From contig JANNWD010000122.1 of assembly GCA_031408315.1 (NCBI GenBank), positions 1 to 42,516 on the forward strand: 42,516 nt of DNA, read 5' to 3'. The DNA is from Bacteroidota bacterium. Its GTDB lineage: Bacteria > Bacteroidota > Bacteroidia > Chitinophagales > Chitinophagaceae. Below, one piece after another: positions 9,965-18,208 of this stretch. Every line of letters starts with the position of its first letter. Within the stretch, counting starts at the first letter, position 1. The notes beneath the pieces are model-generated. The model did not search any database. It had not been told where the DNA came from and saw only the letters and a program-made list of their open reading frames with translations. The translations under genes were made by a program, and so were the position numbers.

Positions 9965-9992
9965 TTAATCTCGTTTTCATTTTGTATTTTGC
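9959..9992 (+). repeat. Right direct repeat flanking the TA module, immediately before the GH3 start
   Basis: AAATAATTAAT...TTTCATTTTGTATTTTGC, matching 9352-9379. Confidence 0.75.
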
Positions 9993-9998
9993 TTCAAA

Positions 9999-11504
9999 AT
10001 GAACCTTCTCTCATCTACCATATCAAAATTAGCCCGAATGCGGCTTTGGCGTATTGATAATTGGAGCAACCACCCTGTTGCTGCACAACGAGAAGTACTG
10101 CAAGATTTAATTACCGCAGGTCAGTATACCGAGTTTGGCAAAAAATACGGTTTCAATAAATTATTTAACGTAAAAGAATTTAAACAAAAAGTTCCCTTAC
10201 AAGAATATAATGATGTGCAGCCTTACATTGCAAAAATGATGGAAGGGCAAGAAAATATTTTATGGAACACTCCCATTTTTTGGTTTGCAAAAAGCAGTGG
10301 TACTAGCAGTGATAAAAGTAAATTTATACCCATTAGCGACGAAAGCCTACAAGAAAATCATTTTAAAGCAAGCAAAGATGTACTAAGCAATTACTATAAA
10401 TTTTTTCCTAGTAGTAACTTACTTACGGGCAAAGGCTTGGTAGTTGGTGGCAGCCATCAAATTAGTAAAGTAAATGATGATATACAGTATGGCGATTTAA
10501 GTGCCATCCTTATGCAAAACACACCATTTTGGGGGCAATGGATTCGTACACCAGAGCTTAGCGTAGCCTTGCTAGATGAATGGGAAAATAAAATAGAACA
10601 ACTAGCACAAATTACTGCTAATGAAAATGTAACCTCTTTAGCTGGCGTACCCACATGGACAATGCTATTGCTTAAACGCATACTCGAAATAACAGGCAAA
10701 AAAACAATTAACGAAGTGTGGCCAAATTTAGAATTGTACATAAATGGCGGCGTATCATTTGTGCCATACAAAGAGCAGTTTGATAAAATTATTGGAACAA
10801 AAATAAATTACTTAGAAATATATAATGCTAGCGAAGGTTTTATTGCAGGGCAACAAACACCAAATGATGATGGTATGTTATTATTTACAGAGCATGGAAT
10901 TTTTTACGAGTTTATGCCTGTGGAAGAGTATGGAAAAACAAACCCTAAAACCATTGGTTTAAAAAATGTGCAACTCAATAAAAACTATGCACTAATTATA
11001 AGTACTACGGGTGGCCTTTGGCGATATGTAATTGGCGATACTGTAAAATTTACCCATCTTAACCCATACAAAATAAAAGTAACAGGTCGTTTAAAACATT
11101 ATATGAATGCCTTTGGCGAAGAAGTAATGGTAGACAATACAGATAAAGCCATTGCAATAGCTGCCGCTAAAACAAACGCTGTAGTAAACGATTACACCGC
11201 AGCACCCGTTTACTTTAGCGAAGGTAGCAACGGCACACATGAGTGGCTAATAGAGTTTGATACACCACCACAAAACCTACAACAATTTACCACGGAGTTA
11301 GATGCTGCCCTCAAAGCAATTAACAGCGATTACGAAGCCAAGCGGCATAAAAATATTGCTTTACGTATGCCCATTATACATTCCCTACAAAAAGGAGTTT
11401 TTAAAGAATGGCTTCGTAGCAAAGGCAAACTGGGTGGGCAACACAAAGTACCTAGGCTAAGTAATGAACGAAATGTGTTGGAGGAGATATTAGGGATAAT
11501 GTAG
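9999..11504 (+). CDS. GH3 acyl-amido synthetase family protein
   Basis: AKSSGT..KFIP, YNASEG, GLWRYVIGD, GGQHKVPRL. Confidence 0.9.
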   Translation: MNLLSSTISKLARMRLWRIDNWSNHPVAAQREVLQDLITAGQYTEFGKKYGFNKLFNVKEFKQKVPLQEYNDVQPYIAKMMEGQENILWNTPIFWFAKSSGTSSDKSKFIPISDESLQENHFKASKDVLSNYYKFFPSSNLLTGKGLVVGGSHQISKVNDDIQYGDLSAILMQNTPFWGQWIRTPELSVALLDEWENKIEQLAQITANENVTSLAGVPTWTMLLLKRILEITGKKTINEVWPNLELYINGGVSFVPYKEQFDKIIGTKINYLEIYNASEGFIAGQQTPNDDGMLLFTEHGIFYEFMPVEEYGKTNPKTIGLKNVQLNKNYALIISTTGGLWRYVIGDTVKFTHLNPYKIKVTGRLKHYMNAFGEEVMVDNTDKAIAIAAAKTNAVVNDYTAAPVYFSEGSNGTHEWLIEFDTPPQNLQQFTTELDAALKAINSDYEAKRHKNIALRMPIIHSLQKGVFKEWLRSKGKLGGQHKVPRLSNERNVLEEILGIM

Positions 11505-11515
11505 AGGGCAATTCG

Positions 11516-11582
11516 CCACAGATGTGCATAGCTTTTTCACAGGCAATTAGAATATAGTTTTTTTAATCTGAGTTATCTGTGG
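11516..11582. repeat. CCACAGAT...ATCTGTGG inverted-repeat element between convergent genes
   Basis: Perfect 8-bp IR at 11516-11523 and 11575-11582, with inner degenerate copies (cacagg, atctgag). Confidence 0.6.
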
Positions 11583-11977
11583 TTAAAAAGTCAACTTTTC
11601 CAGTACACCCTTACGCTCTACTATATTTTTATAATCCCATTGAATTTTTTGTGCTTTTTTAAGCCAACGTTTTAAATCTTTTACTTCAACCTCTAAAATA
11701 GTAGTATAAAAAATAGAAGCGTCTTTAAATTTTGCCCCTCGTTCATTTAATTTTTCTTCATCAAAATCTACACCACTCCAAAACATTAATCGTATTCTTT
11801 TTTTTGTTTGCTATAGCCTACAATTGGGTTACCATCTAAAAACCAAACAGGGTGTGCATGCCATAGTTTATTTTCGGCTTTAGGTAAGGCTGTACAAATT
11901 TGTTGATAGAGTAAATCACAAATGGCTGCATCGGTTGGCGAGAGGGAGGAGTTGTAGAGGCGGATTTCTTTAAGCAT
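11583..11977 (-). pseudogene. DUF1801 (YdhG-like) gene split by a 1-nt frameshift at an A8 run
   Basis: The 5' part WHAHPVWFLDGNPIVGYSKQKK continues in the -1 frame as RIRLMFWSGVDFDEE. The break is at the T8 run 11798-11805. The repaired product is ~131 aa. Confidence 0.78.
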
Positions 11978-11998
11978 TTTTTTAGTGTTTAATGAGCA

Positions 11999-12068
11999 GG
12001 GCTTTGTGTAATTTGTGAAATAGAATTCCATCTGCCCAACTTGCACAAAACCCAATCTTATAGGCAGT
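11999..12068 (-). repeat. Imperfect hairpin directly after the esterase stop, attC-like relic
   Basis: 11999-12015 and 12037-12053 are inverted (14/17); on the minus strand the hairpin is preceded by TAA-CTGCCTATAAG. Confidence 0.5.
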
Positions 12069-13117
12069 TATTCGTTAATTTTTCTTTTACAAAACTGTGT
12101 CCAACTTTCATTACTTGGGTGAGAATATATTGTTGGATTTTTACCATAGTAAGTAACATTTCCAAGTCCTACTGCATTTGCTCTTTCTCTCAACTCTCTT
12201 GCATGAAAGGCATGATGTGATGGTATGTCTGTACTAAAAGGACTATATGGATTAACAACGTCCCTTAGTGTATTATTAACCCAAATTTCAGGGTCATCAG
12301 CAGACATTAAAGCCAACATATCTACTTCAGCTCTATAAGTATCAATGGCAGCCGATTCGTATTGAGCAGTTGAGGAAACTCCATATATTTTTTGAATGTT
12401 TCCTGTTTCATTTGCCAATATTTGTGACCAAGTTACTCCATAATCAATAAAAACATCATTTACCCAACGGTCTTCAATGTTGTAGCTTGCTTGAGTTTCT
12501 CTTGCAACTACGCCTTTTACTCTACTTGATTCTCTTAAAACAGGATCACTACTTGAAGCATTTGCAAAGTCATTATTAAATGCAATCCAAAGTGAAGTTC
12601 CAGCACCTGCTGAATTCCCAGACAAAATTATTTTAGTCTTATCAATATTAAAATCAGTTGCTCTGTTTCTAATATATTGTAAAGCCCTTCTTACGTCCGA
12701 CATTGGTTTTTTAACCCCTTCAGTTTCTCCTGTATTGTTTAGATATGTATAACGAATAGTTGCGAATGCAATATTGTTTTGAAGTAAGTAGCGAATGTCG
12801 GTTGGAAAATCCCACACTCCACCCGACTGAACAGCATACACAAAATCTTTGTCGCCGCTTGTAAATCCACCACCGTGAACATATATAACTAAACCTGTTG
12901 GCGTATTAGAATTTGGAAGCCAGATATCAAATTGCGTTCTTGACTTGTTGTCATAAGCTATGTCTTTGGCAAACTTTGCATTGACACCCTGCAAATCAAA
13001 AGGTGAGTTTGAAAAAGTGATATTAGAACTTGGGGTTAATGGATTGTCATCATTTTTACTACAAGAGAAAATTAATGATATTAGAATTGCAATTACTACT
13101 TTTTGGAATACTTTCAT
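12068..13117 (-). CDS. Lipoprotein alpha/beta hydrolase (HSL-like esterase)
   Basis: True start MKVFQK at 13117 with lipobox IFSC; HGGGF oxyanion motif; GNSAG nucleophile motif. Confidence 0.85.
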   Translation of the reverse strand: MKVFQKVVIAILISLIFSCSKNDDNPLTPSSNITFSNSPFDLQGVNAKFAKDIAYDNKSRTQFDIWLPNSNTPTGLVIYVHGGGFTSGDKDFVYAVQSGGVWDFPTDIRYLLQNNIAFATIRYTYLNNTGETEGVKKPMSDVRRALQYIRNRATDFNIDKTKIILSGNSAGAGTSLWIAFNNDFANASSSDPVLRESSRVKGVVARETQASYNIEDRWVNDVFIDYGVTWSQILANETGNIQKIYGVSSTAQYESAAIDTYRAEVDMLALMSADDPEIWVNNTLRDVVNPYSPFSTDIPSHHAFHARELRERANAVGLGNVTYYGKNPTIYSHPSNESWTQFCKRKINE

Positions 13118-13187
13118 TTTATTTACTTTTCGTTTTTTATAATTGCCCTCAACGCTTAATTTGTCGTTATTATTTACGTATACATAC

Positions 13188-14129
13188 CTACTCAGGCACC
13201 TCCACCACAGTCCAATTCTTCGTTCTTCTATTCCATAAAATGTTATAATCTTTACCATGCATTAATTTAAAAGTACGATAGCCATTGTAATATTTTAAGC
13301 GTAGCCAACCATAGTTGTATATTTCAAACTTAAATACAAAAGGCTCTCCAACTTTTATGTCGGCAGGTTGGTATATACGACCATCATCGCTAAGTTGTAC
13401 CGTTTCTGTTTTTGGGCTTTGCATGTAAAGTGCTATCCAGCTTGGGTCGGTATTGGGGTCGGTATTAGTGTTTGTGTTACCGCCGTTTGTATTTGTACCA
13501 CTTGTAGGTACTGTTGGTGTGTTATTTGGGTTAGATGTTGTTGCAGTACCCACTTGTTTTTTTGCCATATCCCAACCTGCGGTAATTGCTGTAAGTCTAT
13601 CTCTTTTTGCAGGGTGTGTGCTTGAGGCTCTGTCTGTACCAATTTTTTCCATTGCTGCTTTTGCTTGCTCAACGGTAGCACCTAAACGCTGCATTACATA
13701 ACCGCTAAACTTATCAGCCTCCAACTCACTTGGTATAGTGCTACCTTGGTTTTTAATTACATGGTTGTAATAATGATGCCCAATTTCATGTGCTAATACA
13801 CTTATACTTGCATATTTTGTAGAGGCGTAAGTATCTAAGCTTTCTAAAAATTCGTTATCGTAAATTATCCAACGAACTTGGTTAATAACTGTAGCATAAG
13901 CGTTTTGAATATTGGGTTGTTCTTTTATTCTAAAGTTTTCTTTCCATTTTACACTATCTAACATAAGCTTAACCAAATCTGCAGCTTCGTAAACACTTTT
14001 AAAACTACTTTTTGTACTAAACGTTCTTGGCGGAATTTTAAAGCCGCAGGCATTTGTTTTTAATTGTGCTGTTGAGTTAAATAAACAAAAATAAATTGCA
14101 ACAGCGGTTAAAAAGCATTTAAGTTTCAT
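13188..14129 (-). CDS. Exported zinc metalloprotease (M48-like) with Thr/Asn/Pro linker and C-terminal beta domain
   Basis: Signal peptide from the ATG at 14129; NAYA, LAHEIGHH, ELEADKFSG, STHP. Confidence 0.82.
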   Translation of the reverse strand: MKLKCFLTAVAIYFCLFNSTAQLKTNACGFKIPPRTFSTKSSFKSVYEAADLVKLMLDSVKWKENFRIKEQPNIQNAYATVINQVRWIIYDNEFLESLDTYASTKYASISVLAHEIGHHYYNHVIKNQGSTIPSELEADKFSGYVMQRLGATVEQAKAAMEKIGTDRASSTHPAKRDRLTAITAGWDMAKKQVGTATTSNPNNTPTVPTSGTNTNGGNTNTNTDPNTDPSWIALYMQSPKTETVQLSDDGRIYQPADIKVGEPFVFKFEIYNYGWLRLKYYNGYRTFKLMHGKDYNILWNRRTKNWTVVEVPE

Positions 14130-14276
14130 TATTGAGTGTTTTAGGTATTTAAAGATAGGTAAATTAGCAAAACACAATAAAGCTGATTAAATAATAAATG
14201 TACAAGAGTGGTTATTATTTTCTTTTTACAAAAAAGAAAACATAACTAAGAATTGTTGCAATGAAGGTGATAGTTG

Positions 14277-14284
14277 TACTTTTG
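14277..14284 (+). promoter_or_regulatory. -7 promoter box for fabG
   Basis: TACTTTTG with TTG at roughly the -33 position. Confidence 0.6.
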
Positions 14285-14309
14285 CTTGTTACCAAAATAA
14301 AATAAACTC

Positions 14310-15065
14310 ATGAAATTATTACAAGGAAAAACAGCTATAGTAACAGGTGCAGCCCGTGGTATTGGAGAAGCCGTTGCATTAAAATTTGCAGAGCATGGTT
14401 GTAACATAGCGTTTACATATGTAAGCGATAGTAGTGCCGAAAAAGCAGTAGCATTAGAAAATAAATTGAATAGCCTTGGCATTCATGCCAAGGGGTATAA
14501 AAGCAATGCTAGTGATTTTACAGCATGTGAAAGTTTTGTAAACGATGTTTTAAACAAATTTGGCACAGTAGATATTTGTGTGAATAATGCTGGAATTAGT
14601 AAAGATAATTTACTACTTCGTATGACGCCTGAGCAATGGAACGAAGTGATAAATGTAAATTTGAATAGTGTGTTTTATATGACTAAGCAAATTATAAAAC
14701 CAATGATGAAAGCCCGTAGTGGCAGCATAATAAATATGAGTAGCATTATTGGCGAAATTGGTAATGCTGGGCAAAGTAGCTATGCTGCTAGTAAAGCTGG
14801 TGTTATTGGTTTTACAAAAAGTGTAGCTAAGGAATTGGGTAGTCGTAATATTCGTTGCAATGCTATTGCACCAGGCTTTGTAGAAACTGATATGACGAGT
14901 TATTTAAAAGATGGTGAAGGTGCCGATAAATATAAAGTTGGTATTCCTTTGGGTAGATTTGCAAGTGCAGAAGATATTGCTAATGTTACCTTATTTTTAG
15001 CTAGCGATTTAAGTAGTTATGTTACCGGGCAAACCATTAGTGCTTGTGGTGGGTTGAATATTTAA
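14310..15065 (+). CDS. fabG: 3-oxoacyl-ACP reductase
   Basis: TGAARGIG, NNAGI, YAASKAG, IAPGFVETDMT. Confidence 0.93.
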   Translation: MKLLQGKTAIVTGAARGIGEAVALKFAEHGCNIAFTYVSDSSAEKAVALENKLNSLGIHAKGYKSNASDFTACESFVNDVLNKFGTVDICVNNAGISKDNLLLRMTPEQWNEVINVNLNSVFYMTKQIIKPMMKARSGSIINMSSIIGEIGNAGQSSYAASKAGVIGFTKSVAKELGSRNIRCNAIAPGFVETDMTSYLKDGEGADKYKVGIPLGRFASAEDIANVTLFLASDLSSYVTGQTISACGGLNI

Positions 15066-15070
15066 AATTA

Positions 15071-15143
15071 TTTCTCACAAAGCAACAACGAAAACAAAGT
15101 GCACAACGTTGTTTCATAGTAGTCTTAGTTTCGTTGTGTGAAA
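15071..15143. repeat. Intergenic inverted-repeat element (CACAACG/CGTTGTG family), copy 2
   Basis: Terminal IR tttctcacaa/ttgtgtgaaa (9/10); homologous to 3425-3517 in the opposite orientation. Confidence 0.8.
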
Positions 15144-15150
15144 ACACATT

Positions 15151-16416
15151 ATGTCCATAGCTATCATCATCATATTTATTGTAGGTTATTTTGCCATTGC
15201 TTTTGAGCACAGCATAAATATTAATAAAGCAGCAACGGCTTTAGTTACTGGTGTTTTGTGCTGGACGGTTTATATTTTATGTACTCCAGATAAAGATTTT
15301 GTTGGTAATCAACTCATGCATCATTTAGGGGAGTTAGCTGGCATTCTGTTTTTTTTATTAGGTGCAATGACAGTGGTAGAACTTATTGATGCACATGATG
15401 GCTTTGAAGTAATTACAGAACGTATAAAAACTAAAAGTGCCATTAAATTACTTTGGATAATTAGTGTACTCACTTTTTTTCTATCTGCTGTGTTAGATAA
15501 TTTAACAACCACCATTGTAATTGTTTCGTTACTACGAAAATTAATTGCTAATAAAGAACAACGATTATTTTTTGTAGGCATTACCGTTATAGCAGCAAAT
15601 GCAGGCGGAGCTTGGAGTCCGTTGGGAGATGTTACTACCACTATGCTTTGGATTGGTAAACAAATTACAGCAAGCCAAATTATTAAAATGCTTTTTTTAC
15701 CAAGTGCAATCTGTTTATTGGTTCCGTTAGTTATTATTTCGTTTAAATTAAAAGGTGCCATAAAACCTGCAGTAAAAAATTCCAATATTACTTTACGCCC
15801 TAAGTTTGAACGTACGTTGGTATTTTGTTTAGGTATTGGCATTTTATTATTTGTGCCTATTTTTAAAACAGTAACACACCTGCCTCCTTTTATGGCAATA
15901 CTTTTAGGGTTAGGCTTGTTGTGGATTGTAACCGAAATTTTGCACAAGCAAAAAGACGATGAAGAAAAAGATAGCCTAACTGTGGCTAAAGCCTTGCAAC
16001 GAATTGATACCCCAAGTGTTTTATTTTTCTTAGGAATTTTAATAAGCATTGCAGCATTACAAGCTACAGGGCAATTAACACAATTAGCACAGTGGCTTAC
16101 TGTAACTGTAAAAAACGAAACGGCAATTGTTACAGGTATAGGCTTATTAAGTGCCGTGGTAGATAATGTACCGCTTGTTGCTGCAAGTCAGGGAATGTAC
16201 AGTTTACAACAGTACCCAACCGATCATTTTTTTTGGGAATTTTTAGCCTACACAACAGGTACTGGCGGTAGTGCACTACTCATAGGCTCAGCCGCTGGTG
16301 TAGCAGCAATGGGCATGGAAAAAATTACCTTTGGTTGGTATTTAAAAAAAATAAGCTGGTTGGCTTTAATTGGTTTTTTTGCTGGGGCTGCGGTTTATTT
16401 ACTAATGAATTTATAA
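15151..16416 (+). CDS. nhaD: Na+/H+ antiporter NhaD family
   Basis: LDNLTTT, AANAGGAWSPLGDVTT, VDNVPLVAA, GTGGS...GSAAGVAAMG. Confidence 0.9.
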   Translation: MSIAIIIIFIVGYFAIAFEHSININKAATALVTGVLCWTVYILCTPDKDFVGNQLMHHLGELAGILFFLLGAMTVVELIDAHDGFEVITERIKTKSAIKLLWIISVLTFFLSAVLDNLTTTIVIVSLLRKLIANKEQRLFFVGITVIAANAGGAWSPLGDVTTTMLWIGKQITASQIIKMLFLPSAICLLVPLVIISFKLKGAIKPAVKNSNITLRPKFERTLVFCLGIGILLFVPIFKTVTHLPPFMAILLGLGLLWIVTEILHKQKDDEEKDSLTVAKALQRIDTPSVLFFLGILISIAALQATGQLTQLAQWLTVTVKNETAIVTGIGLLSAVVDNVPLVAASQGMYSLQQYPTDHFFWEFLAYTTGTGGSALLIGSAAGVAAMGMEKITFGWYLKKISWLALIGFFAGAAVYLLMNL

Positions 16417-16419
16417 GTT

Positions 16420-17091
16420 ATGAAATATCTTTTTCTGTTATTACTATTTATTGGATACAAAGGTTTTGCTCAAATTGATGACGAATCTATTTTAAAAAGC
16501 TGTAACACCTTGTTTAAAAAATATTTGCCTAAAAATTATATAGTATTTGATACTGCTAATAGTGATTTTAATAAAGATGGCAAAATGGATATAGTATTAG
16601 TAATAGAAGCTAAAGAACAAAAAGAAAAGCCGAGAGGCGTTATTGTCCTAGAGGGAACGGGTAAGGATGGCTACAAAATAAATACTATTGCTTTAAGAGC
16701 GATGAAATGTAAAGATTGCGGAGGTGTTTATGGAGACCCTTACAGCGGAATTTCATTTAGGGGGAATGTATTAACTCTTGACCATTATGGGGGCTCAGCA
16801 TGGCGTTGGAGTGATTCTTTTGTTTTCCGTTATCAAAATAAACAATGGCAGCTAATTGGATTATCATTTATTTCTTACCATAGTATGGGCTGCGATGAGG
16901 GCTGTGATATTTCTATGTGTAGCCTAATGGAAAAAGATATAAACCTATCTACACAAAAAGCACATTTTACTAATACCAAAGATGGTACTTGTATTATTGA
17001 TAAAGACTATTGGAAAAAGATTAAAGTACTCAAAAAACCTTTGTTACAAAATTTTGATAGTGAAGTTGATTATTTTAATTGGTATAAATAA
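16420..17091 (+). CDS. Exported hypothetical protein
   Basis: Signal peptide, DFNKDGKMD loop, CxxCGG.YGDP, YGGSAWRW. Confidence 0.7.
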   Translation: MKYLFLLLLFIGYKGFAQIDDESILKSCNTLFKKYLPKNYIVFDTANSDFNKDGKMDIVLVIEAKEQKEKPRGVIVLEGTGKDGYKINTIALRAMKCKDCGGVYGDPYSGISFRGNVLTLDHYGGSAWRWSDSFVFRYQNKQWQLIGLSFISYHSMGCDEGCDISMCSLMEKDINLSTQKAHFTNTKDGTCIIDKDYWKKIKVLKKPLLQNFDSEVDYFNWYK

Positions 17092-17727
17092 TTATCCCAA
17101 AATTTTCATACCCCTTTTCTTAATATAAGCATGCCACAAAATCATTGTAGCCACACTTCTATAAGGTTTCCAAGGTTCAGCTATTTCAAGCATTTTTTCT
17201 TTAGGAAAATCTTTACCCAAGTTTTTATTTTCTCTCATACTATTTACCAAAGCAATATCGCCTAGCGGAAATAAATCGCTACGTTGTAAGGCATGCATTA
17301 AATAAACATCTACCGTCCAATCGCCAATGCCTTTTATTTTTTTAAGTTCGGTACGTATTTCATAATCTGGCTTATTAGATAAGTGGCTTAGCACCAATTT
17401 TTTTGTTTTAATAGCTATTGCTAATCCTCTTGCATAACCCATTTTTTGTCGGGTAAAATAACAAGCCCTCATTTCTTCATCGGTTAGTGCTAAAATTTTT
17501 GCTGGTGTTACATAACCCACTTTATCTTTTAACCGTTTAAAAGCGGCATAAGCACTAGCTAACGAAACTTGTTGCTCAAAAATGGTGAGTATTAACGTTT
17601 GAAAAGTAGCAGGCCTGCTCCACATTGGCGGATAGCCGTATTGCTTAATAATAGCATTTAAATGTTCATCTTTTTTTGCTAATAAAGAGCAAATATTGTT
17701 AAATGTTTTGGCCGAAAAGCTGTTCAA
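17092..17727 (-). CDS. DNA-3-methyladenine glycosylase II (AlkA-like, HhH-GPD)
   Basis: EQQVSLASA, IKGIGDWT helix-hairpin-helix, FPLGD, WKPYRS. Confidence 0.9.
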   Translation of the reverse strand: MNSFSAKTFNNICSLLAKKDEHLNAIIKQYGYPPMWSRPATFQTLILTIFEQQVSLASAYAAFKRLKDKVGYVTPAKILALTDEEMRACYFTRQKMGYARGLAIAIKTKKLVLSHLSNKPDYEIRTELKKIKGIGDWTVDVYLMHALQRSDLFPLGDIALVNSMRENKNLGKDFPKEKMLEIAEPWKPYRSVATMILWHAYIKKRGMKILG

Positions 17728-17863
17728 AATGCTAGTTTTATAAACGTAAAAAATTAAATATTAGCCCTTTAAACAAAATAACCACATTATTGTTATTAAA
17801 CTTTACAATTTTATTACAATTACAAAACATTACACAAGCAATTACTTAGTTTCTTTGCACAAA

Positions 17864-18139
17864 ATGAAAATATTTTTATCCATATTGTTGCTCATTATTA
17901 CAATTACACACATAATACCTGTAAATGATATTATGAATGAGAGCAATTGTATTATTGTTGTAGATATAGATGAAGAAAAAGATACCGATACTAAGAAAGA
18001 AAAGCAAAAAGAATTTTTTATTTTTGAAAACCAAATTGTAAATGCAGATTTAAAATACAAATCCACTCACCATTTTGACGTCTTTGGTTCATCCTTACTT
18101 TTGCAGAAAGTAGAAACTCCACCCCCTAATACTATTTAA
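17864..18139 (+). CDS. Small leader ORF A (91 aa): signal peptide, acidic/basic tract, C-terminal PPPNTI
   Basis: ATG at 17864 lies 6 nt after TTTCTTTG; architecture matches ORF 30391-30690. Confidence 0.75.
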   Translation: MKIFLSILLLIITITHIIPVNDIMNESNCIIVVDIDEEKDTDTKKEKQKEFFIFENQIVNADLKYKSTHHFDVFGSSLLLQKVETPPPNTI

Positions 18140-18208
18140 TTTCCTTCGTTTTTTAAAGTTTATAAAAGGGGATCTTTAAATTTCACTTTGTACCTAAATA
18201 ATTTATTT

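Noticed and set aside
13118-13258. N-terminal extension of the esterase ORF overlapping the protease gene
   Set aside because: A lipoprotein signal starts at 13117, so the extension is unlikely to be translated.
13440-13560. Thr/Asn/Pro-rich repetitive stretch in the metalloprotease
   Set aside because: An ordinary low-complexity linker with no regular DNA repeat unit.
15321-16049. Long antisense ORF (242 aa) opposite nhaD, and similar short antisense ORFs throughout the track
   Set aside because: They shadow well-supported genes on the other strand and show no recognisable motifs.
17864-18139. Leader ORF A as a bacteriocin or type I secretion substrate
   Set aside because: It has a Sec-type signal with no double-glycine leader or RTX repeats, the ABC lacks a C39 domain, and a similar ORF heads an unrelated operon.
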